Source: a virus (Duplodnaviria > Caudoviricetes). From it: 64,000 nucleotides of DNA. Numbering within the stretch: the stretch's first letter is position 1; each line of letters begins with the position of its first letter. Both the position numbers and the translations under genes were made by a program. The notes under the pieces are model-generated. The model had not been told where the DNA came from. It saw only the letters and a program-made list of their open reading frames with translations, and did no database searches. Where the stretch lies: IMG/VR virus record IMGVR_UViG_3300021295_000001. The stretch is one strand, 5' to 3'. This document shows, one piece after another, positions 49,069 through 58,668 of the stretch.

Positions 49069-49977
49069 ATGTCAGATAAAAAGTATACATGCATATGTGG
49101 TAGAGAATTCGACAACCCACAAGCATTCAATGGCCACAAAAGCAACTGCAGGGAGCATCTAATTTCAAAAGGAACTTTTGATTCTTACGAAAAAAGGTTG
49201 CATGATTCAGAACTGCGTAAAAGAAGGTCCGAGACCCTCAAGCGAAGATTTTACGATAAGTGGCGTTCTGAGAAACATGTTTGCGAGAAGTGTGGCAAGT
49301 TGATGGAACGGAAATACGGCTCTGGCAGGTTTTGTTGCAGAAGTTGCGCCAACTCAAGGCACAAAACGGATGCCACCAAAGAAAAGGTTTCTCGTTCATT
49401 GAGGAATTCAATTAGTCATAGGGAGTCATGTACGGAAAGGCATGACATATGGCTTGCGTCAGAAACGAAAAAGTACAACGAGTCACCGACACGATGTGTC
49501 GTATGCCATAAAATCCTCCCTTTCGAAAAAAGGAAAAAACAGGTATGTTCAAAAGAATGCCAGTACAAACTGATTTCGGAAAAACACAGAAAGCGTTGTT
49601 CTGAGATGAGCACGAATTTGTGTGGCAAAGGGAAGAGGGGTTATTATAAGGGTTACTACTGTCAGTCTTCTTGGGAATTGGCCTATGTCATTTACTGCCT
49701 AGAGCACGGAATAAACGTCGAAAGGTGTGAACGTGGGTTCAAGTATACATTCGAAGGCAAAGAAAGAACTTATTACCCAGACTTTTACCTCCCCGTCACG
49801 GACACATACATTGAGGTAAAGGGATACTATGACGCCAAATCGAAAGCGAAGAAAGAACAGTTTGTCGGCAACCTGCTAATATTACAAAAAAGGGAGATGA
49901 AGCCTATACTGAATTATGTGATAGAAAAATACGGCAAAAACTTTGTTGACATGTACGAAGTGAAGTATTATAATTAA
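49069..49977 (+). mobile_element. Putative free-standing homing endonuclease (Zn fingers + PD-(D/E)XK domain)
   Basis: CICG..H..C, CEKC..CCRSC, CVVC..CSKEC; SSWE..YYPDF..IEVKG; AT-rich; next to a tRNA gene. Confidence 0.75.
49946..49974 (+). promoter_or_regulatory. sigma70-type promoter for the tRNA
   Basis: TTGACA-17 nt-TATAAT inside the endonuclease 3' end. Confidence 0.8.
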
Positions 49978-49986
49978 GGTGTTCTC

Positions 49987-50077
49987 GGTTCCATAGTTTA
50001 ATGGTAAAACAGCGGACTTATAACCCGTAGCAACAGATAATTGGCTGATACTGGTTCGAATCCAGTTGGAACCACCA
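49987..50077 (+). tRNA. tRNA-Ile(UAU) with long variable arm
   Basis: Acceptor GGTTCCA/TGGAACC + A-CCA; D arm GTTT..AAAC; anticodon loop CT-TAT-AA; 21-nt variable region; T arm ACTGG-TTCGAAT-CCAGT. Confidence 0.9.
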
Positions 50078-50085
50078 ATGAAAAC

Positions 50086-50113
50086 AAAAGGAAGCATAAC
50101 GCTTCCTTTTTTC
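50086..50113 (+). terminator. Rho-independent terminator
   Basis: AAAAGGAAGC-ATAAC-GCTTCCTTTTTT. Confidence 0.8.
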
Positions 50114-50207
50114 TTTCGACGCGGTATAATAATAGCAAGATGCGCGACTTAACAGCGCGCCGTCGCTCCTCGGTTACCATGGAGCGATTTCGTTAGGAGG
50201 AAACACG

Positions 50208-51119
50208 ATGGTCAACAAAAAGAAGAACGAAGCGGAATTCTGGAGAATCATGAACGAGGTCGAGGAACGTGGCCGTCGTGGCAAGTTCACGAAGGAATTG
50301 AAGGCTTACCTCGATTCAGTCGGGTTCTTCGACGCCCCCGCCTCTACGCAATACAACCTGGCGGAGGAAGGCGGTTTGCTTGAGCATTCCCTCAACGTGT
50401 ACAAAACCCTGATGATGCTGGTCACCAAAACGGATGGTGGCGTCGTTAGGTCAGACGCCAAGGTGGAGGCCGAATTGGCCATGACCGACAAGGCGCAGAA
50501 ATTCATCGAGTCGGAGCCAGAGCCCGAGGCGATGGCGAAATGCATGCTCGCGTTGGGTTGTTCGTCGGACGGCGTCCCCACCGAAGAACTGAAGGAGATG
50601 GCCGACGAGTGGTATGACATGGAGATGTTCCCCGATTTGGACGATTACGCTTTCTTCAGGAAGGCCTGCGAGAAGTACATGGACAAGAAGCCCCTGTACG
50701 GAAGCGATGAGGCGACCGTCGCGAACATCAAGGATTCCGTGGCCATCCTCGGATTGTTGCACGACGTAGGCAAAGCCCAACTTTACGAGGCCAGCGCCAA
50801 GAACGAGAAGGTGTACAGCGACAATGGGAAGAAGAGGGACGAACTCGGTAAATTCGATTGGGTATCCCGCTTCTGCTACAAGGTGAAGGACGCCTCCGAA
50901 CGAGACGTAATCGGAACCGACGGCTTCGGCGCCTATTATGCCATCAGCGAATTCCTACCCCTAACCAAAGAGGAAACGGTGGCCTTGGTGAATCAATTCT
51001 CGGCGACTGGCTCCCAGCAGGCGATGGAACTCCCGAACGTCCTCTCCAAATACAGGCTGGTGTCCCTGTTGCATTGCGCCGACGTCATCGCCCAGTATAC
51101 ATTGGATAGCAGGGGATGA
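50208..51119 (+). CDS. HD-domain protein with internal insertion
   Basis: FFDAPAS..GGLLEHSLNV, LLHDVGK, LHCAD. Confidence 0.75.
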   Translation: MVNKKKNEAEFWRIMNEVEERGRRGKFTKELKAYLDSVGFFDAPASTQYNLAEEGGLLEHSLNVYKTLMMLVTKTDGGVVRSDAKVEAELAMTDKAQKFIESEPEPEAMAKCMLALGCSSDGVPTEELKEMADEWYDMEMFPDLDDYAFFRKACEKYMDKKPLYGSDEATVANIKDSVAILGLLHDVGKAQLYEASAKNEKVYSDNGKKRDELGKFDWVSRFCYKVKDASERDVIGTDGFGAYYAISEFLPLTKEETVALVNQFSATGSQQAMELPNVLSKYRLVSLLHCADVIAQYTLDSRG

Positions 51120-51478
51120 ACAAGATAATAGAACGCGAATTGGGCAAGGTTAGGCTCGCCGACCTGTCCAATCGCAAAAACGAGGACGGGCGCATCGTGT
51201 TCTCCATACCAAAGTTCAAGAAATCGGAATTCACCACGGGCAAATGCTATAAGGTCGTTATAGACGAATTCATGTTGGACCCCGTCAGGAGTTCGGTATT
51301 GGCGAACAACTGGAACAGTGGCTCGACGCCACCTTCCGCGAACATGACCGTCGAGGTCTTGGATATCTCCATGGGCAAGATAAAGGTCATGGGGGTATGC
51401 AAAAACAGAAACGGCACCTACTCCATGTGGGAAGGTTGGTTGCCGATAGACAAGGTGAGGATAGAGTCGGAGGTTTGA
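51116..51478 (+). CDS. Hypothetical protein
   Basis: Coupled ORF; C-terminal WEGWLP. Confidence 0.6.
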   Translation: MNKIIERELGKVRLADLSNRKNEDGRIVFSIPKFKKSEFTTGKCYKVVIDEFMLDPVRSSVLANNWNSGSTPPSANMTVEVLDISMGKIKVMGVCKNRNGTYSMWEGWLPIDKVRIESEV

Positions 51479-51484
51479 TTCACA

Positions 51485-52531
51485 ATGGAGTCGTTAGCGG
51501 TCAAATACAGGCCTAAGACGTTCGATGACGTATTGGGGCAGGAATACACGAAGGAGATTCTCGAAAGCCAGGTCAAGACTGGAAGGACGAGGAACGCCTA
51601 TCTTTTCTGCGGTCCCTCTGGAGATGGCAAAACGACGATGGCGAGGATATTCGCCAACATGGTGAACGAAGGGCAAGGCTCGCCCATAGAGATAGACGGG
51701 GCGTCCAACAACGGCGTAGACAACGTAAGGGAACTGATAGACGAGGCGCGTTCGCGCTCGTTGGATTCCAAATACAAGTTCGTGATAGTGGACGAATGCC
51801 ACCAATTGACGCAACAGGCTTGGAGCGCGTTCCTAAAATGCTTGGAGGAACCGCCCGAGTACACGAAGTTCGTTTTCTGCACCACGGACCCCCAGAAGAT
51901 TCCGTCGACCATATTGAACAGGCTCATGCGCTTCGACTTCAAGAAAGTCCCCGCAAAGGACATAGCGGAACGGCTTAAGCGCATATGCTCTAACGAGGGG
52001 TTGTCCGATTACGACGACGCCTGCGACTACATAGCGAAGTTGTCGAACGGCGGTGTCAGGGACGCAATCTCGATGCTCGAGAAATGCTCCGAGTATGATA
52101 GGCGCATAAGCATGGACGTCGTCTGCAACGTGCTCGGCACGAATATGTTCGGCCCGATGTTCGAGTTGACGAACGCCATCCTAGACGGGAACAAAAACGC
52201 CGTGCTCGGCGTGATGAACGGATTCAAGAAACTCGGGGTGGAAAGCATCAAGGACTTCATGACGGAATACGTGTCGTTCCTTTTGGACCTCACGAAGTAT
52301 TGCGTGTTCCATGATTTGTCTGACACCTCGTTGCCTGAATCACTCTTATTGCCGAAGAGCAAAGGCGACACGCTGTGCATCCAATACACAATCGGGGTGG
52401 AGAACGCGCCATCTGTGTTTGCCAAACTGACCCAACTGGTCAACCAAGTTAGGGCGGACACGAGGAACGACGATTCGCCGTGCGACACGGCGACAATCGG
52501 CCTGATGTCATTGTGCGAGGTATCGTTGTGA
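51485..52531 (+). CDS. dnaX: Clamp loader ATPase (DNA Pol III gamma/tau-like)
   Basis: LAVKYRPKTFDDVLGQ, GPSGDGKTT, EIDGASNNGVD, DECH, LEEPP, GGVRDA. Confidence 0.9.
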   Translation: MESLAVKYRPKTFDDVLGQEYTKEILESQVKTGRTRNAYLFCGPSGDGKTTMARIFANMVNEGQGSPIEIDGASNNGVDNVRELIDEARSRSLDSKYKFVIVDECHQLTQQAWSAFLKCLEEPPEYTKFVFCTTDPQKIPSTILNRLMRFDFKKVPAKDIAERLKRICSNEGLSDYDDACDYIAKLSNGGVRDAISMLEKCSEYDRRISMDVVCNVLGTNMFGPMFELTNAILDGNKNAVLGVMNGFKKLGVESIKDFMTEYVSFLLDLTKYCVFHDLSDTSLPESLLLPKSKGDTLCIQYTIGVENAPSVFAKLTQLVNQVRADTRNDDSPCDTATIGLMSLCEVSL

Positions 52532-53334
52532 TTGGCCAGACCGAATTGGTTGGCACGTTGAAGCGCAGGGTGTCGCAGGGGTTCCCTGGCGCCTCAATCC
52601 TGCTCGGCGAACGCGGATGCGGAAAGCACACGCTCGCCAAGGACATCGCTACGTGGCTCGGGCTGGATGAGTACGACATAACGGACAGCCTCGATTTCGA
52701 GCGCATAAGCGGAATCTACGGAAAGCAGTCCCCAGGAGTTTACGTGGCTGACCTCACCGACGCGTCCGTCAGGGAGCAGAACGCCATACTGAAACTGTTG
52801 GAGGAACCCCCGAGCAACGCGTACATAATCCTTTTGGCGGAATGCGAGGAGAACGTGTTGGAAACCGTCCTTGGCAGGTGCGTCAAATACAGATTCGGTG
52901 CATATTCGGACGCCGAGTTATACGAGTTCATCCTATCGCGCCACGATTTGGGGGACGGCGTGGAAAGGGCCATACCATATTGCAGGACCCCAGGGAAACT
53001 CTCCGCGCTGAACTCGGAAACGGTCGCTGGGACGGAATCGTTGTGCGACGCCATAGTGAATCGCATAGGTTCGTCAAGTTTCCCGAACGCGATGTCAATA
53101 GTGAAGAAAGTCAACTACAAAGACGAATACGACAAGTTTGACTTCGGCCTGTTCGTCGGGACGCTGAGGAAGAAGGCATACGAATCGGCGTTGGCTGATT
53201 CAAGCCACTCATGGATGTACGGCATCCTGCGGGACGAATGCCGAAAACTGAAACTGCCGAGCATAAGCAAGGAAAGGTGGATGGAACACCTCATTTGCGC
53301 GCTTTGGGTTAAATCGAAGGAAGGGAATGGGTAG
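52528..53334 (+). CDS. holB: Clamp loader subunit (delta'-like)
   Basis: GERGCGK, QNAILKLLEEPP, TVLGRC. Confidence 0.75.
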   Translation: MIGQTELVGTLKRRVSQGFPGASILLGERGCGKHTLAKDIATWLGLDEYDITDSLDFERISGIYGKQSPGVYVADLTDASVREQNAILKLLEEPPSNAYIILLAECEENVLETVLGRCVKYRFGAYSDAELYEFILSRHDLGDGVERAIPYCRTPGKLSALNSETVAGTESLCDAIVNRIGSSSFPNAMSIVKKVNYKDEYDKFDFGLFVGTLRKKAYESALADSSHSWMYGILRDECRKLKLPSISKERWMEHLICALWVKSKEGNG

Positions 53335-54264
53335 ATGGAAGGCAATTTGAGGAGACTCAAGGAATCGGTGCAGGAACGCGAGGCCCTAAACGGCCTTTTC
53401 GTGCTTGTGTACGAAGATTCCGATTTCCTGCCTTTGCAATACCTGAAGGAGGCTTCGATGGCCTTCGAGTCCCCGATTGCCTACCACGATTCAATCGCGG
53501 ACATGGTTGACGCGGTGTCGGAATCCACGTTCTCATCCGAAAGGTACATACATGCCTTCATCGGGGATGACGTTGAGTTGGAGGAGGCGGAAGCATCCGC
53601 CATGGCCTCGTCCGAATCCGCGTTCTTCATCATATGCAAGAAGGCGGTCGTGCCAGAGTCCGTCCCTGTGTACACGTTCAAGAAGCCCTTGGGTTGGCAA
53701 CTCAGCGACTACGTTCGCTCCAAATGCAAAGGCCTGTCGAAAGACGACGCCAACGAACTTTGCGACGCTTGCGGAAACGACCCATTCGTCATCGAATCGG
53801 AGTCCGACAAACTGTCGCTGTTCGGGGAAACGATGCAACGCGAGGCGCTTTCCAGCCTATTGGCCGACATCGAGGCCAGGGAAATGGATGACGCAAAGCC
53901 GTTCCAGTTGGTGAACGCCGTCCTGAGACGCGAACCCGATTCCGTCAAAAAGGCGTTGTCCGAATACAAAAATGGAAAGGGCAAGACGGACGGCTATTGG
54001 TTCTGCGCCTCTTTGCTTGGCGCGTTCAAGGACATGGCGAGCATACAAATGGACCAGAACGCGTCGCCCTCCAAACTGAAGATGAACGAAAAGAGGTTCG
54101 CCTCCCTCAGCAGGTTGCGCGGTCGCTACCAATCCAAGACGTTGGTTGACGTCGTGCTGATGCTTTCCGAATTCGATTGGCTGATTAAAAGCGGTGCCAT
54201 GGACCTAAGGGACGACGACCTAGTGGACTACGCCGTCTGCTCGGTGATGGCTATGGAGGTATAA
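53335..54264 (+). CDS. holA: Clamp loader subunit (delta-like)
   Basis: GNDPFVIESESDKLSLF, FQLVNA, DWLIKSG; follows dnaX and holB. Confidence 0.65.
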   Translation: MEGNLRRLKESVQEREALNGLFVLVYEDSDFLPLQYLKEASMAFESPIAYHDSIADMVDAVSESTFSSERYIHAFIGDDVELEEAEASAMASSESAFFIICKKAVVPESVPVYTFKKPLGWQLSDYVRSKCKGLSKDDANELCDACGNDPFVIESESDKLSLFGETMQREALSSLLADIEAREMDDAKPFQLVNAVLRREPDSVKKALSEYKNGKGKTDGYWFCASLLGAFKDMASIQMDQNASPSKLKMNEKRFASLSRLRGRYQSKTLVDVVLMLSEFDWLIKSGAMDLRDDDLVDYAVCSVMAMEV

Positions 54265-54272
54265 TAAACAAC

Positions 54273-55295
54273 ATGAGGATATTAGTTGTCGGGGACGTCC
54301 ATTGGTCGACGTACTCATCCATATTGCGCTCCAGGGGAGACGATTGCTCAACCAGGCTTTCCAATCTATTGGAGTCGGTGAATTGGGCCGAGGGGCTCGC
54401 TTTGGAACGTGGTTGCTCCGAGGTGGTGTACCTCGGCGATTTCTTCGACAAGCCAGACCTGACCAGCGAGGAGATTTCAATCCTGCAGAAGGTGAAATGG
54501 GCGGAAGGAATAAGGCACATGTTCATAGTGGGCAACCACGAGTCTGGACTATCGGACCTCAAATACAGTTCCACGAAGGTTCTTGAGAAGCATGGATTCG
54601 AGGTAATCGACAAACCGATGGTGGAAGGCAACAAAGTATTTCTTCCGTATTCCCTCAGTGAAAATCTAGTAGATTTGCAGGAGGTTTCAAAACTCATAAA
54701 GCGTCCGATAGTGTTTTCACACAACGACATAAAAGGGATAAGGTACGGGGCATACGAATCCAAACTCGGATACGACATAAAGGACATAGAGCGATTGGGT
54801 GGGCTGTTCATAAACGGGCATCTGCACAATCATACCAAGTTCATGGACGGTGATGGCAAGTTGTTTGCAATCAACCTCGGGAACCTCACTGGTCAGAATT
54901 TCAGCGAGGATGCCTTCGTGTACAAGCATTACGTGATGGTGTTGGACGATTCGGACGCATCGTTCGAATTGGTCGAGAACCCGCATGCCTTGCGCTTCTA
55001 CAAATTGGATGTGTACGATGACGCGGGGATGTCAAAACTCGATTCGCTCGGCAACAACGCTGTCGTGTGCGTGAAATGCCCGTTGTCGCTCAAAGAATCC
55101 GTCCAAGCAAAACTTATTGGCGCCAATGCGTTGGCGTTCAAGATAATAGTCGACATGTCGTCCGAACAGGCCGAGCGAGGCCAAGCGACCATCGCCACCA
55201 GGTCGGACCACCTGACGATGTTCAGGGATTTCGTTTTGGAGAGATTGGGGACATCCGATTCCGTGGTGTCAGAGTTGAAGGAGATTTGCCGATGA
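54273..55295 (+). CDS. SbcD/Mre11-like nuclease
   Basis: GDVH, LGD, GNHE, SH, GHLH. Confidence 0.85.
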   Translation: MRILVVGDVHWSTYSSILRSRGDDCSTRLSNLLESVNWAEGLALERGCSEVVYLGDFFDKPDLTSEEISILQKVKWAEGIRHMFIVGNHESGLSDLKYSSTKVLEKHGFEVIDKPMVEGNKVFLPYSLSENLVDLQEVSKLIKRPIVFSHNDIKGIRYGAYESKLGYDIKDIERLGGLFINGHLHNHTKFMDGDGKLFAINLGNLTGQNFSEDAFVYKHYVMVLDDSDASFELVENPHALRFYKLDVYDDAGMSKLDSLGNNAVVCVKCPLSLKESVQAKLIGANALAFKIIVDMSSEQAERGQATIATRSDHLTMFRDFVLERLGTSDSVVSELKEICR

Positions 55296-57169
55296 AGGTA
55301 AGGTTCGATAAGGTATCTTTGCACCACTTCATGTCGTTCGGCGATTCGGAGGTGGCGCTTTCCGACAGGGGTTTTTGCCTCGTTGAGGGAATCAACGAAG
55401 ACCCCAGGGACGCATCCAAAAGCAATGGCTCTGGCAAATCGTCCATATGGAACGCGATATGCTTCGCCCTGACTGGCGAGACAATCGGGGGAGTGAGGTC
55501 CAACCTGCCGAACAAGACTTTCGATGACGGTTGCGTGGTAACGCTTTCGCTGAACGTCGACGGCAAGGATGTGGAGATAGTCAGGAGCAAGGACGACGCC
55601 AAACTCGGCACCGACCTGAAGATAAGGATAGACGGGAAGGACGTCAGCGGGAAGGGCGTCAGGGAATCGACCGCCGTCCTAAACGAGACGTTCCCAGAAC
55701 TGACCAAGGAACTGCTCGGTAGCGCAATCATCTTGGGCCAAGGACTGCCCCAGAGGTTCACTGACAACACCCCAAGCGGTCGCAAGGAGGTGCTTGAGCA
55801 CCTTTCCAAATCCGACTTCATGATTGAGGACATCAAGGAGAGGCTGTCCAAAAGGACGGCGAAGGTCGCGTCCGACGTTTCCAACGCGGAATCCGCCCTC
55901 GCGTCGAACTCCTCCAAATCCTCCGTTTACGAAAGCCTTTTGGAGAAGCAACGGGCAAGTCTGTCAGAACTGGAGAACGATTCGTCCGCTTCCGAGGAAC
56001 TGACCAAGGCCGAGAAGGAAGAGGAGGACGCCAAGGAAGCGTGCGAGAAACTGGAGGCGACCGTCCGCGAGTTGACGGGCAAAGCCGAGGCGCTGGACGC
56101 CGAAATCAAGGACGCGGAATCCAATAAGTCCGCCGAGACGAGGCACGTGGCCGAGAAGCACGCGGAGTTCTCCGCCGAACTCAAGGCAGACGAGGTGCGC
56201 CTGTCATGCAGGGTGAACGAACTCATGGCCGAGATTTCAAAACTGAAGAGCATAACGGACGTGTGCCCGACCTGCGGTCAGAGGATACCGAACGTCGTGA
56301 AGCCCGACACGTCCAAGCAGGAGGCGGAGTTGGCGCAGGCCAAGTCCGATTTGGCGTTCGTCAGGATGGACATAGACGCCGACGTGGTGGCGTACAAGGA
56401 GAAACTGGCGTCCATAGACGAGGCATACGCAAAAGGCTATGCCAAGAAGATGGAGGAGCATTCGAAGGCCAAATCGGAAGCGTCGACGGCGATGTCCGAG
56501 TTGAATTCCATGAGGAACAAATACAGGGAGGCGTCCGTGACGACGTCCAAACTGAGGCAGAAGGCCGAGGGCAGGGACGCCGAAATCTCGTCGTTGCGCG
56601 AAGGCATAGCGGAAAACGAAAGGCAGTTGTCTGGGTTGGCGAAGGAATCGGAATCCATCAACTCGGAATTGGAGTCGCTCAAGGCTACGTCGGACGCCCT
56701 GTCGAAGATGTCGACGCTTGTTAAAAGGGACTTCAGGGGATACCTCCTGCAGGACGTAATCAAATACATAAACGCCAAAGCCAAGGCATATGCGTCCAAG
56801 ATATTCAACACGGACGACATAGCGTTCGAGCAGGATGGCAACGAACTCAGGATAGCGTTCCTCGGCAAGGAATACGAGAACCTGTCGGGAGGCGAGAAGC
56901 AGAGGGTCGACCTCATAGTGCAATTCGCCATCAGGGACATGATGTGCGACTACTCGGGGTTCTCCTGCAACATACTGGTCCTCGACGAGATTACGGACGC
57001 CTTGGACAGCGTGAGTTGCGACAGGGTAATCGAGTTCATAGCGAGCGAGATGGATGACATAGAGAGCGTGTTCGTGATAAGCCACCACTCATCCGAGTTG
57101 GGGTTGCCCTACGACAGCACCATAAAAGTAAGGAAGGGCCCAGACGGGGTCAGTGAGGTAATAGCATGA
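55292..57169 (+). CDS. SbcC/Rad50-like ATPase
   Basis: NGSGKSS, coiled coil with CPTC hook, LSGGE, LDE, ISH. Confidence 0.9.
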   Translation: MKVRFDKVSLHHFMSFGDSEVALSDRGFCLVEGINEDPRDASKSNGSGKSSIWNAICFALTGETIGGVRSNLPNKTFDDGCVVTLSLNVDGKDVEIVRSKDDAKLGTDLKIRIDGKDVSGKGVRESTAVLNETFPELTKELLGSAIILGQGLPQRFTDNTPSGRKEVLEHLSKSDFMIEDIKERLSKRTAKVASDVSNAESALASNSSKSSVYESLLEKQRASLSELENDSSASEELTKAEKEEEDAKEACEKLEATVRELTGKAEALDAEIKDAESNKSAETRHVAEKHAEFSAELKADEVRLSCRVNELMAEISKLKSITDVCPTCGQRIPNVVKPDTSKQEAELAQAKSDLAFVRMDIDADVVAYKEKLASIDEAYAKGYAKKMEEHSKAKSEASTAMSELNSMRNKYREASVTTSKLRQKAEGRDAEISSLREGIAENERQLSGLAKESESINSELESLKATSDALSKMSTLVKRDFRGYLLQDVIKYINAKAKAYASKIFNTDDIAFEQDGNELRIAFLGKEYENLSGGEKQRVDLIVQFAIRDMMCDYSGFSCNILVLDEITDALDSVSCDRVIEFIASEMDDIESVFVISHHSSELGLPYDSTIKVRKGPDGVSEVIA

Positions 57170-58020
57170 GATTCGTTAAGCCAGAGGGAAAGAAATACAC
57201 GGACATCTGCATAGAGTTCGACAAGGAGTTCTACGAGCCCAACAGGGACGACATGAAACTGTTCGGGTATATGTACATAATCTTCAGGATGCTGGCGTTC
57301 AAGAAGAACTACTTCAGCAACAACTTCAGCGACTACGACGGGTTCGCCCAGTTCGCAGCCAGCACGATATACATGAGGTTCCTGAAGAAATGGGCCAACG
57401 GGGAACGCGTGAAGTCGTTCCTCAACTACGCGAAGTCATCGCTGTATCCCCTGAAGGTCATGTACCAAAACGAATCATTCGGCATGACGACCCAAGTTGA
57501 CGAGGATGGGATACCGAAATCCAACATAGGCGACAACATGCGGAAGTCCGTGCAGGACGACTACAGGAACGAATACATGGTGTCGGCCATATTCGAGGAA
57601 CTGGACAGGGTGCCCGACCTGGTCGACGAGGTAGTCGGCAGGACGCCGTACGCATCGGACCCCAAGACGTTCAAGAACCTGAGGATTTCGTGCAAACTAA
57701 CGCTCCTGTCTCAGTTGACGTTGCCGAAGGGCGCCTTGGAGAGGCTGGAGGCTACCAGGGAGAACAGGATGGCGAAGGCGGACGATTACATGCTGTCCGT
57801 GCTCGAGAACGAAAGGTCCGAGTCCCCAATCCTCTGGGAATTGCCAGACTCCATGTCGCCTTACGTGGCCTGTCTGGTCAACGAGGTGCGAAAGGAACTC
57901 GGAACGGAGATAAACGACGCGAGGAACAGATACACATTGCCAGACGACGTGTTGGACAGCATCGTGTCCAGCGCGTACACGGAAGCGTTCCCAGAAAGCA
58001 ACAAGAACGGGGTGGATTGA
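57166..58020 (+). CDS. Helical protein, candidate divergent late sigma factor (gp55-like)
   Basis: Adjacent to SbcCD; MLAFKKNYF..SFLNY weakly resembles sigma region 2. Confidence 0.35.
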   Translation: MRFVKPEGKKYTDICIEFDKEFYEPNRDDMKLFGYMYIIFRMLAFKKNYFSNNFSDYDGFAQFAASTIYMRFLKKWANGERVKSFLNYAKSSLYPLKVMYQNESFGMTTQVDEDGIPKSNIGDNMRKSVQDDYRNEYMVSAIFEELDRVPDLVDEVVGRTPYASDPKTFKNLRISCKLTLLSQLTLPKGALERLEATRENRMAKADDYMLSVLENERSESPILWELPDSMSPYVACLVNEVRKELGTEINDARNRYTLPDDVLDSIVSSAYTEAFPESNKNGVD

Positions 58021-58400
58021 TGAAAAAGAGCAATATAGTCAGAAGCCTTGACAGGCTTGCGGAAAAAGACGTGTACAGCGTGATGATGTTCATGCTGTAC
58101 GGTTTGAAGGACGAGCCCGAATACTCGGCGCTCAGCGAGTTGGTGTACGCATTGGACAAGGACAGCCTCCTCAACGTGCTGAGCCTGTTGGGTGGCACCA
58201 CGGTGCGAATCCCGACCATTTCGGAACTGGGGACGGTCCTCGCTGGCCTCATGGTCTATTCGAACGTCAACTTCAACGGGATGTCGGTCCAAGAGGCCAT
58301 GGCGGACGTCAGGACCCCAGACATAAAGGAACAGGACCTTATGGACGCGTATGCCAAGATTTCGGAGGCCATGTCTACGTATGAATTCAAACCCAGGTAA
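58020..58400 (+). CDS. Mor-like transcription regulator
   Basis: LSLLGGTTVRIP resembles the Mor-family GG..IP motif. Confidence 0.45.
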   Translation: MKKSNIVRSLDRLAEKDVYSVMMFMLYGLKDEPEYSALSELVYALDKDSLLNVLSLLGGTTVRIPTISELGTVLAGLMVYSNVNFNGMSVQEAMADVRTPDIKEQDLMDAYAKISEAMSTYEFKPR

Positions 58401-58668
58401 CGCGTTCTTGGCGAAACTGTATAATATAGCGGAAGATTTGTCGTCGCTAGATTCGAATCCGAGGACAATGGCCTCGCTGGTAAAGGCGAGGCTTGGCCAC
58501 ATGGAGGAGGAATACGACAGACTGGCCGAGGAGACGCACGCTTACGTAATGAGCAGGGACGTCACCAAGGTAATCAGGGCGCTTGAGAGAATAAGCAGAA
58601 GGGAGCAACATGGAAAACGCGAACAAAAGACTATCGACGCTTACCACCATTCAGAAGAGGAATCTTGA
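58381..58668 (+). CDS. Hypothetical protein
   Basis: Fills the gap between coupled genes; start uncertain. Confidence 0.45.
   Translation: MNSNPGNAFLAKLYNIAEDLSSLDSNPRTMASLVKARLGHMEEEYDRLAEETHAYVMSRDVTKVIRALERISRREQHGKREQKTIDAYHHSEEES

Noticed and set aside
50017-50023. Reading the anticodon as TTA (ochre suppressor), implying recoding
   Set aside because: The 7-nt loop CTTATAA centres on TAT. TAA, TAG and TGA all end full-length conserved genes here, so there is no sign of stop-codon reassignment.
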